Shown here: positions 1 through 9,115 of the stretch, piece after piece | Numbering within the stretch: position 1 is the stretch's first letter | How the letters are laid out: each line of letters begins with the position of its first letter | Origin: Polyangiaceae bacterium | GTDB taxonomy: Bacteria; Myxococcota_A; Polyangia; Polyangiales; Polyangiaceae | Length of the DNA stretch: 64,000 nucleotides | Assembly: GCA_965222375.1 (NCBI GenBank) | Contig: CBDCTZ010000016.1 | Span: 64,001-128,000 of the forward strand | Reading direction: 5' to 3' | Notes under the pieces: model-generated | Database searches by the model: none | Told to the model about the DNA's origin: nothing | What the model saw: only the letters and a program-made list of their open reading frames with translations | Made by a program: the position numbers and the translations under genes

Positions 1-175
1 AGCCACGTAGGGCTACCCGAGCGGGGCTGAAGGCGATCGGCTCTTTCACTGCGCCCGTTTGCAGCGAAGTCCTTGCCGTTTGCCGCGCGAACATGGCCAC
101 GGTTTCTTGAATCCGAGCCCCAGCTTGCCATCCGCGCGCCGCTCGAGGCGGTCTTGGGCCACGGATGGTCGCGTG

Positions 176-229
176 ATGTATACACAAAGTCGCTCGACGC
201 GGCGGCGGTCGCGGCCGTGGACGCGTTGG
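176..229 (+). repeat. Degenerate 54-bp direct repeat, copy 1
   Basis: ATGTATACACAAAGTCGCTCGACGCGGCGGCGGTCGCGGCCGTGGACGCGTTGG; matches 3481-3534 with 6 mismatches. Confidence 0.9.
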
Positions 230-327
230 GCTGCGTGGCGCCCGCTCGCCAGCGCAATAAAGGGACGGGCCAGAGCGACAGCGCGGCGACTGGCAGGCGC
301 TTTGCCATCGACTTATGTTTCACCGAG

Positions 328-780
328 ATGAGCTTGCGTACGATCGGACTCGGCTTGATGAAAGGCGCTGGTCTGGGCGTCGCGACTGTCGTGGGCTTCG
401 TCGTGCTCATGTGTTCGTTTCCGGTGATTGGATCAGTGACGACACCTGGCATACCGGTCGGCCGGGCACTCAGCGAAATCGTCCCCTTGCTGCCATCACT
501 GTTGCCGGTCGGCTTGGGGTTCGGCGTGATCCTCGGTGGCTTGGCCGCCGTGGCCGGCCGGGTTCGGGTGCCGCTGATGACGACGGTGGCGACGCTCGGC
601 TACCTGTTCGCCGTCTGGATCGGCCTCGGTGCGCTATCAACCACTCCGCCGCCGGCCGCGCTGCGCGGCGTGCTGACCCTGTTCGGCGCCGTCGCCTTCG
701 CTCCGTTCGCCGGCCCGTTACTGTTCCTGGGCGTCTTCCTGCTCAGCCGCTGGGTCAAGCCGCTCGGTTCTGAAGGTTGA
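328..780 (+). CDS. Hypothetical membrane protein (about 4 TM segments)
   Basis: Hydrophobic 3' part of ORF 73..780; ATG at 328 preceded by TATGTT (314-319); the upstream extension of the ORF runs through the repeat. Confidence 0.65.
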   Translation: MSLRTIGLGLMKGAGLGVATVVGFVVLMCSFPVIGSVTTPGIPVGRALSEIVPLLPSLLPVGLGFGVILGGLAAVAGRVRVPLMTTVATLGYLFAVWIGLGALSTTPPPAALRGVLTLFGAVAFAPFAGPLLFLGVFLLSRWVKPLGSEG

Positions 781-977
781 AATCCGAGCTCGACGAAGCC
801 ACACCCCACTGTCGGCAATCAGCTTGACCTACACCGACATCACGCAGTTGCTCGCAGAGCACGTGCCGGGCCCGAGGGCGCGCCTCCGGCGCGACGCTCA
901 CTTCGGGTGCCCGAGCAGTCAAGCTTGGGGTTCCGGGAGGTGTGAGGAGCAACCGAGTCGGGTCCGCCGGGCGGAGG

Positions 978-2033
978 TCAGCGGGGGGCATCAAGCGAAT
1001 GAGCGAACTCCGCGATGCGTTTGAGGGCTTGCGGATCGTGCAGGAGAAAGTAGTGCCCGCCTTTGAACCACTCGATTGAAACCTGCGCCCCGCGGCGCTT
1101 GAGCTGAGCCTGCTTACCCGCAGCTGTAGCTGCGGAGACCATGCGGTCGGTGCGACTGTTGAGCATGAGGATGGGCGTGTTGGTTGGGATTCGGCGGGCA
1201 CTTCCGAGGGGATGCCCCGCAATGCTCACGAACGCGGCGAACGACGGTGGGGCGCTGTTCATCACTTGAAAGCCTCCCATGGCTCCGTCGGATAGGCCAA
1301 CGAGGACGAATGTCGGAGCGCGCAACTTGCTGAACTTGAGAAACGCGCTCCGAGACTCAGCGAGGTACGTGAGGTTTGGCCTCCTCCATGACACACCATG
1401 GCTGGGGGAGACGATCCAGACGTCAGGCAGGGCTCGCGCCAGCAACCAGGCGTACAGTTTACCGTTACCGCCATAACCGTGGAGAAACCAGATCACCTTT
1501 GGACGATGGGCTTGTAGTGCTGACTTGCCTCGTGGCGGAACGATGAGCATCATCGGCGTCCGGCTTTCGAACGCCGATGCCATTGGACTGTCGAGATCTT
1601 TCCAAACCCCGTCTCGTTCCAGCTCACGGTATCCATCGACGAGCGCATCGATGGTCGCCTGGCGCCGACTCTTCGGTAGCTTCAAGAGGCTGGGGGCTGC
1701 GTTGAGGATGCTGACGACCGTTGCACCCTCGCCTCGAGAGTCCAGCGACGATAGCGCTGCGGCAGTACCTAAGCGTTCAACGGCGTTCTTGGGTTGGTAG
1801 ATGGGGAGTCTTTGGCGGGTCGACACGGGCAAGCTGACGGGTCGGCGCTTACTTGGAACGGCTCGCGCATGCCGCCCCTTTGTCACAACGCTCGGTTTCG
1901 GCGGCGGTTTGGTGGTGGCACCTGCACCCTGTGAGGCGCCCGCCGTACCGGTCGCGGGCTGGGTAGACGCCAATTCCTCGCTCCGATTGCAGGCAACCAG
2001 AGGGAGCGCAGCAGCGATCAAGAGAAGTCGCAT
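978..2033 (-). CDS. Alpha/beta-hydrolase lipoprotein (phospholipase/carboxylesterase-like)
   Basis: Signal MRLLLIAAALPLVAC; HGYGG oxyanion motif, GLSDG nucleophile elbow, D(RMV) and GGH triad residues. Confidence 0.8.
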   Translation of the reverse strand: MRLLLIAAALPLVACNRSEELASTQPATGTAGASQGAGATTKPPPKPSVVTKGRHARAVPSKRRPVSLPVSTRQRLPIYQPKNAVERLGTAAALSSLDSRGEGATVVSILNAAPSLLKLPKSRRQATIDALVDGYRELERDGVWKDLDSPMASAFESRTPMMLIVPPRGKSALQAHRPKVIWFLHGYGGNGKLYAWLLARALPDVWIVSPSHGVSWRRPNLTYLAESRSAFLKFSKLRAPTFVLVGLSDGAMGGFQVMNSAPPSFAAFVSIAGHPLGSARRIPTNTPILMLNSRTDRMVSAATAAGKQAQLKRRGAQVSIEWFKGGHYFLLHDPQALKRIAEFAHSLDAPR

Positions 2034-2341
2034 GCGGAAAGCGTCGAGGTAACCACAATCGGTGCGCAGACCGCTACAGGACCCCAGCGCTCGGGTCCAG
2101 GTCCAGGCGACGACACCGTTTCGAGGGCGTAACCAATATCGAATCACGGACGGGCGATCAGGTCAGCGTACAGAACTACCGCTCGGTGTCGCTGGGTCCA
2201 GAACGCCCCACTGCGCCGACGCTCTGTGGCTCCGGCGCCGCGGAACATAGATGCGCCACAGCTCCCCCCGGCAGCATTCCGACCCGAAGGGACAGGTGGC
2301 ATGCACCTTGCTCTGACCGCGCCCGTCTACGGGAGTACCCA

Positions 2342-3457
2342 ATGATCCGATATGTCACATCTGCAACACTCCTGCTCTGCATTGGGGCTGCATGCACGGA
2401 CGCCAATACTGATGATGTGAGCCCGGACGCGAGTGGCGCCGGGGGCAATGCCGCAGGCACCGGCGGCTTCTTTGCGGGCACTGGCGGAAGGGTCGACGGT
2501 GGCGTGTGGGACGGAGCGGGTGATGCGGCGACGGACGCTGGGGACAAGAACGACGGTGCGGCGGGCTGCGAGAGCCAATGCACAACAACCCAAGTGTGCC
2601 AGAACGGTACGTGTGTGGAGCTTCCGCCAGCGTGTCCCTGTCCTCTCGAGTCCTACTGCGACCTCTCTACGGGCACCTGCGTGAAAGGATGCTACCAACA
2701 CAGCCAGTGTGACTCAGCGCGATACTGCGACGTGGATCTCCGAGTGTGCAAACCCGGCTGTCGCGACGCTTCCGAGTGCGCAAAACCGGAGCACGGAAGT
2801 GTCACTTGCAGCGCGGGCACCTGCACCGCGAGCTGCGACCCTGGGTTTCATATGTGTGGCGAGATCTGCAAGAGTGACACCGCGATCGACGCATGCGGCG
2901 CTTCCTGTATGGCGTGTCCGGCTATCGCCAACGCCGTAGCGCTTTGTCAGGCTGGCCAGTGCGGGTTTTCCTGCGCTACCGGGTTTGAGGACTGCAACGG
3001 CAAAGCCGGGGACGGTTGTGAGGCGCCGCTCGTGAAGTGTTATCGCGACCAAGATGGGGATGGGTACGTAGTGAGCGCAACTCCGAAGCTTGCATGTTCG
3101 TGTGGGGTCGGGTGGACCACGAAATTGTCTTCCGAACTTGACTGCGACGATTCGGACAACCGTGTCTTTCCTGGCCAAACTGACTTTTTCACCACAGCCA
3201 GCGCATCGGGTGGGTTTGATTTCAACTGCGACGGCAAGGCAGAGCTCAAGCTCGCGGTCACGTCGCAAGCTTGCTACAAGTTCGGTTCGACCTGCAAATG
3301 GACCGAAGGCTGGGCATACTACGCTGGTTACGCATGGTATGTGCCGCCGTGTGGAAAGAAAGGCAGTGTCGTCCCCTGCGTCTACGAGACGGGTCCGTGG
3401 GCAGGCTGCGACGGTGCCTACTCCGGCGGCAAGACCCGAATTCAGGCCTGCCGATGA
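2342..3457 (+). CDS. Cys-rich secreted lipoprotein with putative metal-binding motifs
   Basis: Lipobox (LCIGAAC), Gly-rich linker, many Cys repeats, YRDQDGDGY and DCDDSDNRVFPG motifs typical of myxobacterial surface proteins. Confidence 0.8.
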   Translation: MIRYVTSATLLLCIGAACTDANTDDVSPDASGAGGNAAGTGGFFAGTGGRVDGGVWDGAGDAATDAGDKNDGAAGCESQCTTTQVCQNGTCVELPPACPCPLESYCDLSTGTCVKGCYQHSQCDSARYCDVDLRVCKPGCRDASECAKPEHGSVTCSAGTCTASCDPGFHMCGEICKSDTAIDACGASCMACPAIANAVALCQAGQCGFSCATGFEDCNGKAGDGCEAPLVKCYRDQDGDGYVVSATPKLACSCGVGWTTKLSSELDCDDSDNRVFPGQTDFFTTASASGGFDFNCDGKAELKLAVTSQACYKFGSTCKWTEGWAYYAGYAWYVPPCGKKGSVVPCVYETGPWAGCDGAYSGGKTRIQACR

Positions 3458-3480
3458 ACGGACGGACGTCGGCGAACGGT

Positions 3481-3534
3481 ATGTACATACAAAGTCGCTC
3501 GATGCGGCGGCGTTCGCGGCCGTTGACGCTTTGG
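3481..3534 (+). repeat. Degenerate 54-bp direct repeat, copy 2
   Basis: ATGTACATACAAAGTCGCTCGATGCGGCGGCGTTCGCGGCCGTTGACGCTTTGG; 48/54 identical to 176-229. Confidence 0.9.
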
Positions 3535-3641
3535 ACTACGGGGATAAGGTCGTGGGCGGCCCAGCCCCCAAGAAGATGTGCACGGCCGAGGTGATGCGGG
3601 ACGGAATCAAGGTCTTCATCGACGTGCCCTGCAAACCTTGA
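3534..3641 (+). pseudogene. Orphan 3' gene fragment (DYGDKVVGGPAPKKMCTAEVMRDGIKVFIDVPCKP*)
   Basis: GC3-rich coding-like codons ending in TGA, beginning abruptly at the end of repeat copy 2. Confidence 0.35.
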
Positions 3642-3720
3642 TCGCAGCGCTTGACGCTATCGGTGCTCCGCGGCTACCTAGGCGCCTCGTTCGACAAGCC
3701 CGGTCGGCGGAGGCGAGGGG

Positions 3721-5691
3721 ATGCGCGAAAACTGGAAAAGCCGATGGGGACTGATTCTGGCGGCGGCAGGCAACGCCGTCGGCATCGGCAACCTGTTGCG
3801 CTTTCCCGGCCAAGCCGCGCAGAACGGCGGGGGCGCCTTCATGGTGCCCTACCTCATTTCGCTGCTGATCTTCGGCCTGCCGATGATGTGGATCGCTTGG
3901 ACCCTCGGCCGCTTCGGCTCACGGCATGGTCACGGCACGCTGCCGGGCATCTTCGACAAGCTGAGCTCCTGGCGCGGCGCCAAGTACCTGGGCGCTTTGG
4001 GCGTGGCCGGCCCGCTGATCTTCTGCTTCTACTACACGTACCTCGAAGCCTGGTGTTTCGCTTACGCCTGGTTTTCGTTCCGCGGGCTGTACGAGTCGGC
4101 TCACCTGCCGACCTTCTTGAGTGAGTTCCAGGGCGTGCTGCCTACAGGCAGCTACTTCTCGTCGACGAACACGGCCTTGGCCTTCCTGGTGGTCACCATC
4201 GGGTTGAACGTGTGGGTGCTGTATCGAGGCGTCGCTCGAGGCATCGAGCTGCTGGCCAAGATCGCGATGCCGCTGCTGCTCGCGTTCTGCGTGTTGATGT
4301 GTTGGCGCATCTTCACGCTGCCCGACGCCAAGGGGAGCGTGATCGATGGCTTGGCTTTCATGTGGAATCCGAATTTCTCGGCGTTGGGCAGCCCCAGCGT
4401 GTGGTTGGCGGCCGCGGGGCAGGTCTTTTTCACCCTGAGCATCGGCTTCGGCGCGTTGGAAACCTACGCCAGCTACCTGCGTCACAACGACGACGTCGCG
4501 GTCACCGGGTTGACCACGGCCGGCGCGAACGAGTTCGTCGAGATCATCTTCGGCAGCATGATCGCCATCCCCGCCGCAGCGGTGTTTTTCGGCGCTGCCG
4601 CCATTCCCGAGATCGCGTCCAGCGGGACCTTCGACATCGGCATGGTCAGCATGCCCGAGATCCTACGAGCCACCCAGTCCACCCAGATCTTCGGGACGAT
4701 CTGGTTCCTGCTGCTGTTCTTCGCTGCCTTCACTTCCTCGGTCGCGGTCTGCCAACCCGTGATGGCATTCTTGCAAGATGAAGCTGGCCTGCGCCGAGGT
4801 TCAGCGGCCGCGGTGATCGGCTTGTTCTGGCTGCTGGGCAGCATCCCGGTCGTGTTCTTCCTGCGCTACGGGTTCCTGGACGAGTTGGATTTCTGGGCGG
4901 GAACCCTCGGCCTCGTGCTGGTGAGCGCGATCGAAGTCGTGTTCTTCTCTTGGGTCTTCGGCATCGACCGCGGTTGGAAGGAGCTACACCGTGGCGCGCT
5001 GATGAAGGTGCCGCGCATCTTCCGCTTCACGATGCAGTATGTGACTCCCGTGGCCCTGGCGCTGATCCTCGGCGGCTGGGTGTATGGCGACGTGATCGTC
5101 GGCGGAAAACTGAATCCAAGGCCTGGCATGGTCACGGGCATCGTCGACCGCGGCGCTTTCGAGGGCGATTTCGTCAAGAAGCCGCCGAAGGGCGAGGGTG
5201 CCGACGCCAAGGAGCACGGTCTGTTGAAGCAGAGCCTGCTCGGCGCCGTCGAAGTGGCAGGCCGGGATCTGAAGGGTTGGGCGTACCTGGAGATCGACGC
5301 GGGCGGCGGGGTCGTCGTCTCTCGCTTCGAGGGAGACCCAACGCTGACGTCGGCGTTTCCAAAGAAGACCCTGCAGCGAATGCTGGAGCTGGAGGGGTAC
5401 CACTACGCTGTCGACGGGACGAAGACCGCGACTCAGGCCACGTTGCTGATCGAAGGCCTCAATCGGAAGCCGTATATTTGGTTGGCCCGAGGCCTGATGC
5501 TCGGCCTAATCGCGATGATCTGCGTGATGATTGGAGTCATCTGGAAGCACCGCCGCGAGCGCGAAGAAGAGGAAGAAGTGAGTGAGGCAGCCGGGGCCAC
5601 TACTGCAACAGCAGAGGGCGACTCGGAGGAAGCCGACGAGGCGGAGGCCGCCGCTCCAAAGACGAAAGTGACCGAGGAGGAGGAATCATGA
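3721..5691 (+). CDS. Sodium-dependent transporter, neurotransmitter:sodium symporter (NSS/SNF) family
   Basis: GNAVGIGNLLRFP, NGGGAF, AAGQVFFTLSIGFG, FFAAFTSS motifs; hydrophilic insertion before the last TM and an acidic tail. Confidence 0.95.
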   Translation: MRENWKSRWGLILAAAGNAVGIGNLLRFPGQAAQNGGGAFMVPYLISLLIFGLPMMWIAWTLGRFGSRHGHGTLPGIFDKLSSWRGAKYLGALGVAGPLIFCFYYTYLEAWCFAYAWFSFRGLYESAHLPTFLSEFQGVLPTGSYFSSTNTALAFLVVTIGLNVWVLYRGVARGIELLAKIAMPLLLAFCVLMCWRIFTLPDAKGSVIDGLAFMWNPNFSALGSPSVWLAAAGQVFFTLSIGFGALETYASYLRHNDDVAVTGLTTAGANEFVEIIFGSMIAIPAAAVFFGAAAIPEIASSGTFDIGMVSMPEILRATQSTQIFGTIWFLLLFFAAFTSSVAVCQPVMAFLQDEAGLRRGSAAAVIGLFWLLGSIPVVFFLRYGFLDELDFWAGTLGLVLVSAIEVVFFSWVFGIDRGWKELHRGALMKVPRIFRFTMQYVTPVALALILGGWVYGDVIVGGKLNPRPGMVTGIVDRGAFEGDFVKKPPKGEGADAKEHGLLKQSLLGAVEVAGRDLKGWAYLEIDAGGGVVVSRFEGDPTLTSAFPKKTLQRMLELEGYHYAVDGTKTATQATLLIEGLNRKPYIWLARGLMLGLIAMICVMIGVIWKHRREREEEEEVSEAAGATTATAEGDSEEADEAEAAAPKTKVTEEEES

Positions 5692-5780
5692 CCACGGGTG
5701 GATGGATCTTCATGCTCGGCACTTGGAGCGTCGTACTGGCGGTGAACGTGTTCTGCATCAGACGCCTAATCAAGCGCTGA
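5688..5780 (+). CDS. Small single-TM protein, probable MetS-like NSS transporter small subunit (30 aa; not in ORF track)
   Basis: MTTGGWIFMLGTWSVVLAVNVFCIRRLIKR*; ATGA overlap with the NSS stop; GGAGGAGG SD upstream. Confidence 0.8.
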   Translation: MTTGGWIFMLGTWSVVLAVNVFCIRRLIKR

Positions 5781-5786
5781 GAGCCA

Positions 5787-7460
5787 GTGCTGAAGAAGCT
5801 TCGCGACAACCCAAGCCTGGTCGGGGCCGCGGCCTTTGCCATCGTCGCGGTGATCTTCCTACCTCGCCTGCCGAAGGTGACGCTGGAGTCGGGCTTCGTC
5901 GCGGGGGCACCCGCTCTGGTGCCCCCGGTGATCGCCATCTGTATGGCTCTCGCCACCCGCCGGCTACTGATCTCACTGGCTAGCGCCGTGGTCGTTGGCG
6001 CTCTGCTGCGCCACGGCGTGGGACAATTCCTGCAGGCGGGCTTTTCGGCCTACGTCGTCGACAACGTCGTCGACTCGGCCCATCTGTACATCATCGGCTT
6101 CACCTTGGCGCTGCTGGGCATGGTGCAGGCGACGGCACGCTCCGGCGGCGCCCAGGGCATCGTCGACGCCGTCGCCCGTCGAGCCAAAACCCGACGCGGC
6201 GCCCAAGTCAGCACCTGGGGCATGGGGCTACTGGTCTTTTTCGACGACTACGCAAACTGCATGTTGGTGGGTCCGACCATGCGGCCCCTCACGGACAAGC
6301 TGCGCATCTCCCGGGAGAAGCTGGCCTACCTCATCGACTCGACTGCGGCGCCGGTTGCCGGGATCGTGATCATCTCGACCTGGGTCGGCTACGAAACGGG
6401 GCTCCTCGACGATGTGAGCAAGTCCCTGGGGCTCCCCTTGAGCGGCTACGCGCTGCTTCTGGCTGGTCTGCCCCTGCGCTTCTATTGCGTGTTGATGCTG
6501 TTCTTCGTCCTACTCTCCGCGTGGTCTGGCCGTGACTTCGGCCCCATGTTGCGGGCGGAGCGCCGCGCATTGACCGAGGGCAAACTCCTGCGCGACGGCG
6601 CAAAGCCCATGGGAGGCAACGTCGAGGCCGAGACCGCCGACAGGCCCAAGGGTCGATGGTCCAACGCCGCCGCGCCGGTAGCGCTGGTCGTGCTGGGAAC
6701 CCTGGGTGGTTTGGTGATCGATGGCGGCGGCGCCACGACCCTCGCAGCGCAACCCTGGAACGCCTTCGGTGTCGCCTTCTGGCGGGACACCCTGGGCGCT
6801 AGCGAGAACAACACGCAGGTTCTGTTCATCGCGGCGTTGGCCGGCGCAGCTTGCGCGGTGTTGTTGCCCGCCGTGCGCCGAGACCTGGCGCTGCCCAAGG
6901 GCTTGCGAGCCTTCGCCCGAGGAGTGAAGTCCGGCCTATACGCCGTCTTGGTGTTGCTCTTGGCCTGGGCCTTGGCGCAGGTCTGCAAAGATCTCGGCAC
7001 GGGCCCTGTGGTGATCGCTGCCGTCGGCAAGTCCCTGCCCGCCGTGGCTGTGCCCGCCGTCACCTTCTTGGGGGCAGCCGCGGTGGCGTTTTCCACGGGC
7101 ACCTCCTGGGGCACCATGGCGATCTTGATCCCCACCGCCATCCCCATTGCTCACCAACTCGGCGGCATGCCCCTATTGGTGCTCACCGTAGCAAGTGTGC
7201 TGGACGGAGCGATCTTCGGAGATCACTGTTCTCCCATCAGCGACACCACCCTCATGTCGAGCATCGCCGCCGGCGCGGATCACCTCGACCACGTCGGCAC
7301 CCAATTGCCCTACGCCTTCGTGGTGATGTGCATCGCCGTCTTGGGCGGCTACTTGCCGGTGGCCATGGGCGCGCCGGCGTGGCTGTCCTACCTGGGCTGC
7401 CTAGTGGTTGCCGCCGGATTCCTGTTCAGCGTTGGCCGTCGAGCCGAGGCAACACCGTGA
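5787..7460 (+). CDS. NhaC-family Na+/H+ antiporter-like transporter
   Basis: FFDDYAN, ISREKLAYLIDSTAAP, GTSWGT and GAIFGDHCSPISDTT motifs. Confidence 0.93.
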   Translation: MLKKLRDNPSLVGAAAFAIVAVIFLPRLPKVTLESGFVAGAPALVPPVIAICMALATRRLLISLASAVVVGALLRHGVGQFLQAGFSAYVVDNVVDSAHLYIIGFTLALLGMVQATARSGGAQGIVDAVARRAKTRRGAQVSTWGMGLLVFFDDYANCMLVGPTMRPLTDKLRISREKLAYLIDSTAAPVAGIVIISTWVGYETGLLDDVSKSLGLPLSGYALLLAGLPLRFYCVLMLFFVLLSAWSGRDFGPMLRAERRALTEGKLLRDGAKPMGGNVEAETADRPKGRWSNAAAPVALVVLGTLGGLVIDGGGATTLAAQPWNAFGVAFWRDTLGASENNTQVLFIAALAGAACAVLLPAVRRDLALPKGLRAFARGVKSGLYAVLVLLLAWALAQVCKDLGTGPVVIAAVGKSLPAVAVPAVTFLGAAAVAFSTGTSWGTMAILIPTAIPIAHQLGGMPLLVLTVASVLDGAIFGDHCSPISDTTLMSSIAAGADHLDHVGTQLPYAFVVMCIAVLGGYLPVAMGAPAWLSYLGCLVVAAGFLFSVGRRAEATP

Positions 7461-8656
7461 CTGTTCGGCCGGGACAACGCTTCACCTTCAAGGGCAACGT
7501 CGCCCAGTCGCGCCACGGCTGGCTGCGCTTGACCCCTGCGTACTCGGTTCATCTGGTGAGGGAACTCTTGGACAAACACGCGGAGCCCGGACGCGCGGTG
7601 CTCGATCCCTTTTGCGGAACCGGCACCACCCTGCTGGCCTGCGCCGAGGCTGGGCTCGACTGCGTCACCGTCGATGTGAACCCGTTCCTGATCTGGCTCG
7701 CCAAGACCAAGACGACCAACTTCGGCGCCAAGGCCCTCGGCGAAGGCGCCGCCTTGGTCAAGAGCATGCGCCGAGCCGCCGAGCGCCCACCCAAGCGCCG
7801 GCGCTGGACCCCCGCGCTGCACAAGATCGAGCGCTGGTGGGACCCCGCGACTCTCGACGCCCTGGCCGCTGCGTTTCACAAGCTGCGCACCAGCGACGCT
7901 TCACCCCGAGCCAAGGACTTGGCGCGGCTGGCGTTCTGTCGCGCCCTGATCCGGAGCTCCAAGGCGAGCTTCGGTCATCAATCCATGTCCTTCAAAACCG
8001 AAGCCGCTGCCGGACCCAGCGTTTCGCAGCAGCTTGCGACGGCCTTTGAACTCGTCGACGCAGCTTGCGCTCCAGCCTTGCGCCGCTCCAAGCGCCACGC
8101 ACGCCTGGGCGACGCCCGAGAGCTACACGCCGTGAAAAGCGATCTACGCGTCGGTACGTTGATCACCTCGCCGCCCTACGCCAATCGCATGAGCTACGTG
8201 CGCGAGCTGCGTCCCTACATGTATTGGCTCGGACACCTCCAGGACGGGCGCCAGGCCGGCGAGCTCGACTGGCGCGCCATTGGCGGCACTTGGGGCATTG
8301 CCACCAGTCGCCTCGCCCATTGGCGCCCTTCCGAGCGCCGCATGCCACGCAAGCTCAGCCGCTCCATCAAAGTGATTCGAGAGCAGAGCGCCTTGCTGGG
8401 CAACTACGTCGATCGCTACTTCGAGGACATGGACCGCCACGTCCGAAGCGCTTTTCAGCGCGTCGATCACGGCGGCACCGTGCACTACATCGTCGGCAAC
8501 TCGAAGTTCTTCGACGAGGTCGTTCCCGTCGAAGAACTTGTCGCTAAGCAGCTCGAAGCCGCAGGTTTTCGCCGCGCATCCGTGACTCGCCTTCGCAAAC
8601 GCACCAGCAAACGCGAACTCTACGAATACCTGGTCAGCGCAGAAAAACCCCGCTGA
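7457..8656 (+). CDS. DNA amino-methyltransferase (N4-cytosine type, motif I before motif IV), orphan
   Basis: VLDPFCGTGTT (motif I) and ITSPPY (motif IV); GTGA overlap with the previous gene; the 5' part of ORF 6851 is a shadow of nhaC. Confidence 0.88.
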   Translation: MTVRPGQRFTFKGNVAQSRHGWLRLTPAYSVHLVRELLDKHAEPGRAVLDPFCGTGTTLLACAEAGLDCVTVDVNPFLIWLAKTKTTNFGAKALGEGAALVKSMRRAAERPPKRRRWTPALHKIERWWDPATLDALAAAFHKLRTSDASPRAKDLARLAFCRALIRSSKASFGHQSMSFKTEAAAGPSVSQQLATAFELVDAACAPALRRSKRHARLGDARELHAVKSDLRVGTLITSPPYANRMSYVRELRPYMYWLGHLQDGRQAGELDWRAIGGTWGIATSRLAHWRPSERRMPRKLSRSIKVIREQSALLGNYVDRYFEDMDRHVRSAFQRVDHGGTVHYIVGNSKFFDEVVPVEELVAKQLEAAGFRRASVTRLRKRTSKRELYEYLVSAEKPR

Positions 8657-8678
8657 CCCGCCTTGGTGATCTTTGTGG

Positions 8679-8728
8679 GTTTGGGGTCGCGGCATTGTGG
8701 AGACGTTGGGCCACTACTCTAGAACTGG
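8679..8728 (+). repeat. Left imperfect inverted repeat flanking the TA module
   Basis: GTTTGGGGTCGCGGCATTGTGGAGACGTTGGGCCACTACTCTAGAACTGG; 39/51 aligned identities to the reverse complement of 10181-10231. Confidence 0.7.
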
Positions 8729-8774
8729 GCCGCGGGTTGGCGGGTTCGGCGTAGCGGACGGGCCTCTCTACGCA

Positions 8775-8823
8775 ACCGGACATTACCGACCAGGTTGACA
8801 AACTGTCCGGTGAGCCCTAAACT
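8775..8823 (+). promoter_or_regulatory. Sigma70-type promoter with operator palindrome for the TA operon
   Basis: TTGACA (8795-8800), 17 bp, TAAACT (8818-8823); inverted repeat ACCGGACA (8775-8782)/TGTCCGGT (8804-8811) straddles the -35; GTG start 6 nt after the -10. Confidence 0.8.
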
Positions 8824-8829
8824 AGCTCG

Positions 8830-9111
8830 GTGGCCAGGGTCGCGGCGTTCGGTCTCCCCGGCTTGGACCTCTGGTTCAACTCGGACGACCACCTACCTCC
8901 CCACTTCCACGCGGAGCAACCGGGCGACTAGGAAGTCCGCGTGCTCTTTCTGCGAGACCAGTCCGAGATGATCGAAGTTAGATGGAACAGGCGCCGCCCC
9001 AGAGCTGCAACGCTCCGCACACTATGTCAAGCAGCTGAAGCACACCGCCAGCAGCTTCTCGAAGAGTGGGACCAGAAGGTATCGGCCCCCACCCCAGGAC
9101 CGCGCAGGTGA
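8830..9111 (+). pseudogene. DUF4160-family toxin-like gene with in-frame amber stop (not in ORF track)
   Basis: MARVAAFGLPGLDLWFNSDDHLPPHFHAEQPGD*EVRV...QQLLEEWDQK; DHxPPHFH and LLEEW motifs; TAG at 8929-8931. Confidence 0.8.
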
Positions 9112-9115
9112 ACTC

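Noticed and set aside
824..1024. 66-aa ORF between convergent genes
   Set aside because: TTG start without SD, no motif, and it overlaps the esterase 3' end on the opposite strand.
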